A stretch of DNA of 46,657 bases, taken from positions 92,442,728 to 92,489,384 of the forward strand of contig NC_068985.1 of assembly GCF_001194135.2 (NCBI RefSeq), given 5' to 3'. Below the pieces are notes generated by a model. The model was not told where the DNA came from and did not search any database. It saw only the letters and a program-made list of their open reading frames with translations. The DNA is from Octopus bimaculoides. Taxonomy: Eukaryota. This document shows, in pieces, positions 46,606 through 46,657 of this stretch (position 1 is its first letter; every line of letters begins with the position of its first letter). A program made the translations under genes and the position numbers.

Positions 46606-46657
46606 AAATCATTTAGCCATAAATGAAGTAAAGATGGAATTGCCCCCCCCCCCAACA

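Overview
AT-rich, gapped eukaryotic genomic DNA with no recognisable host gene. No ORF in the track is a credible host protein: they are simple-repeat translations, N-spanning artefacts or retroelement relics. The repeat content (tRNA-headed SINEs with CORE-like motifs, RTE-type (GAT)n tails, TTAA-flanked MITEs, dense microsatellites) is what I recognise from Octopus genomes; this assignment is inference. The window is most likely intronic or intergenic. It holds about 20 SINE copies built from a few interchangeable head and tail modules (my labels A1, A2, D, E, I, J, K), five decayed LINE fragments (RTE, CR1-group, I/Jockey-like RT), piggyBac-type MITEs, a Helentron-type element and a Tc1-like end. 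Top finding: a ~470-bp head-to-head palindromic element (34711-35180) with a tRNA-like Pol III head and a minimal hammerhead-ribozyme motif in each arm. A second, older palindrome of the same kind lies at ~44030-44310. The window also shows two LINE 3' ends that match the two alternative tails carried by one SINE head. Most repeat boundaries were placed by eye (about +/-10-20 bp).
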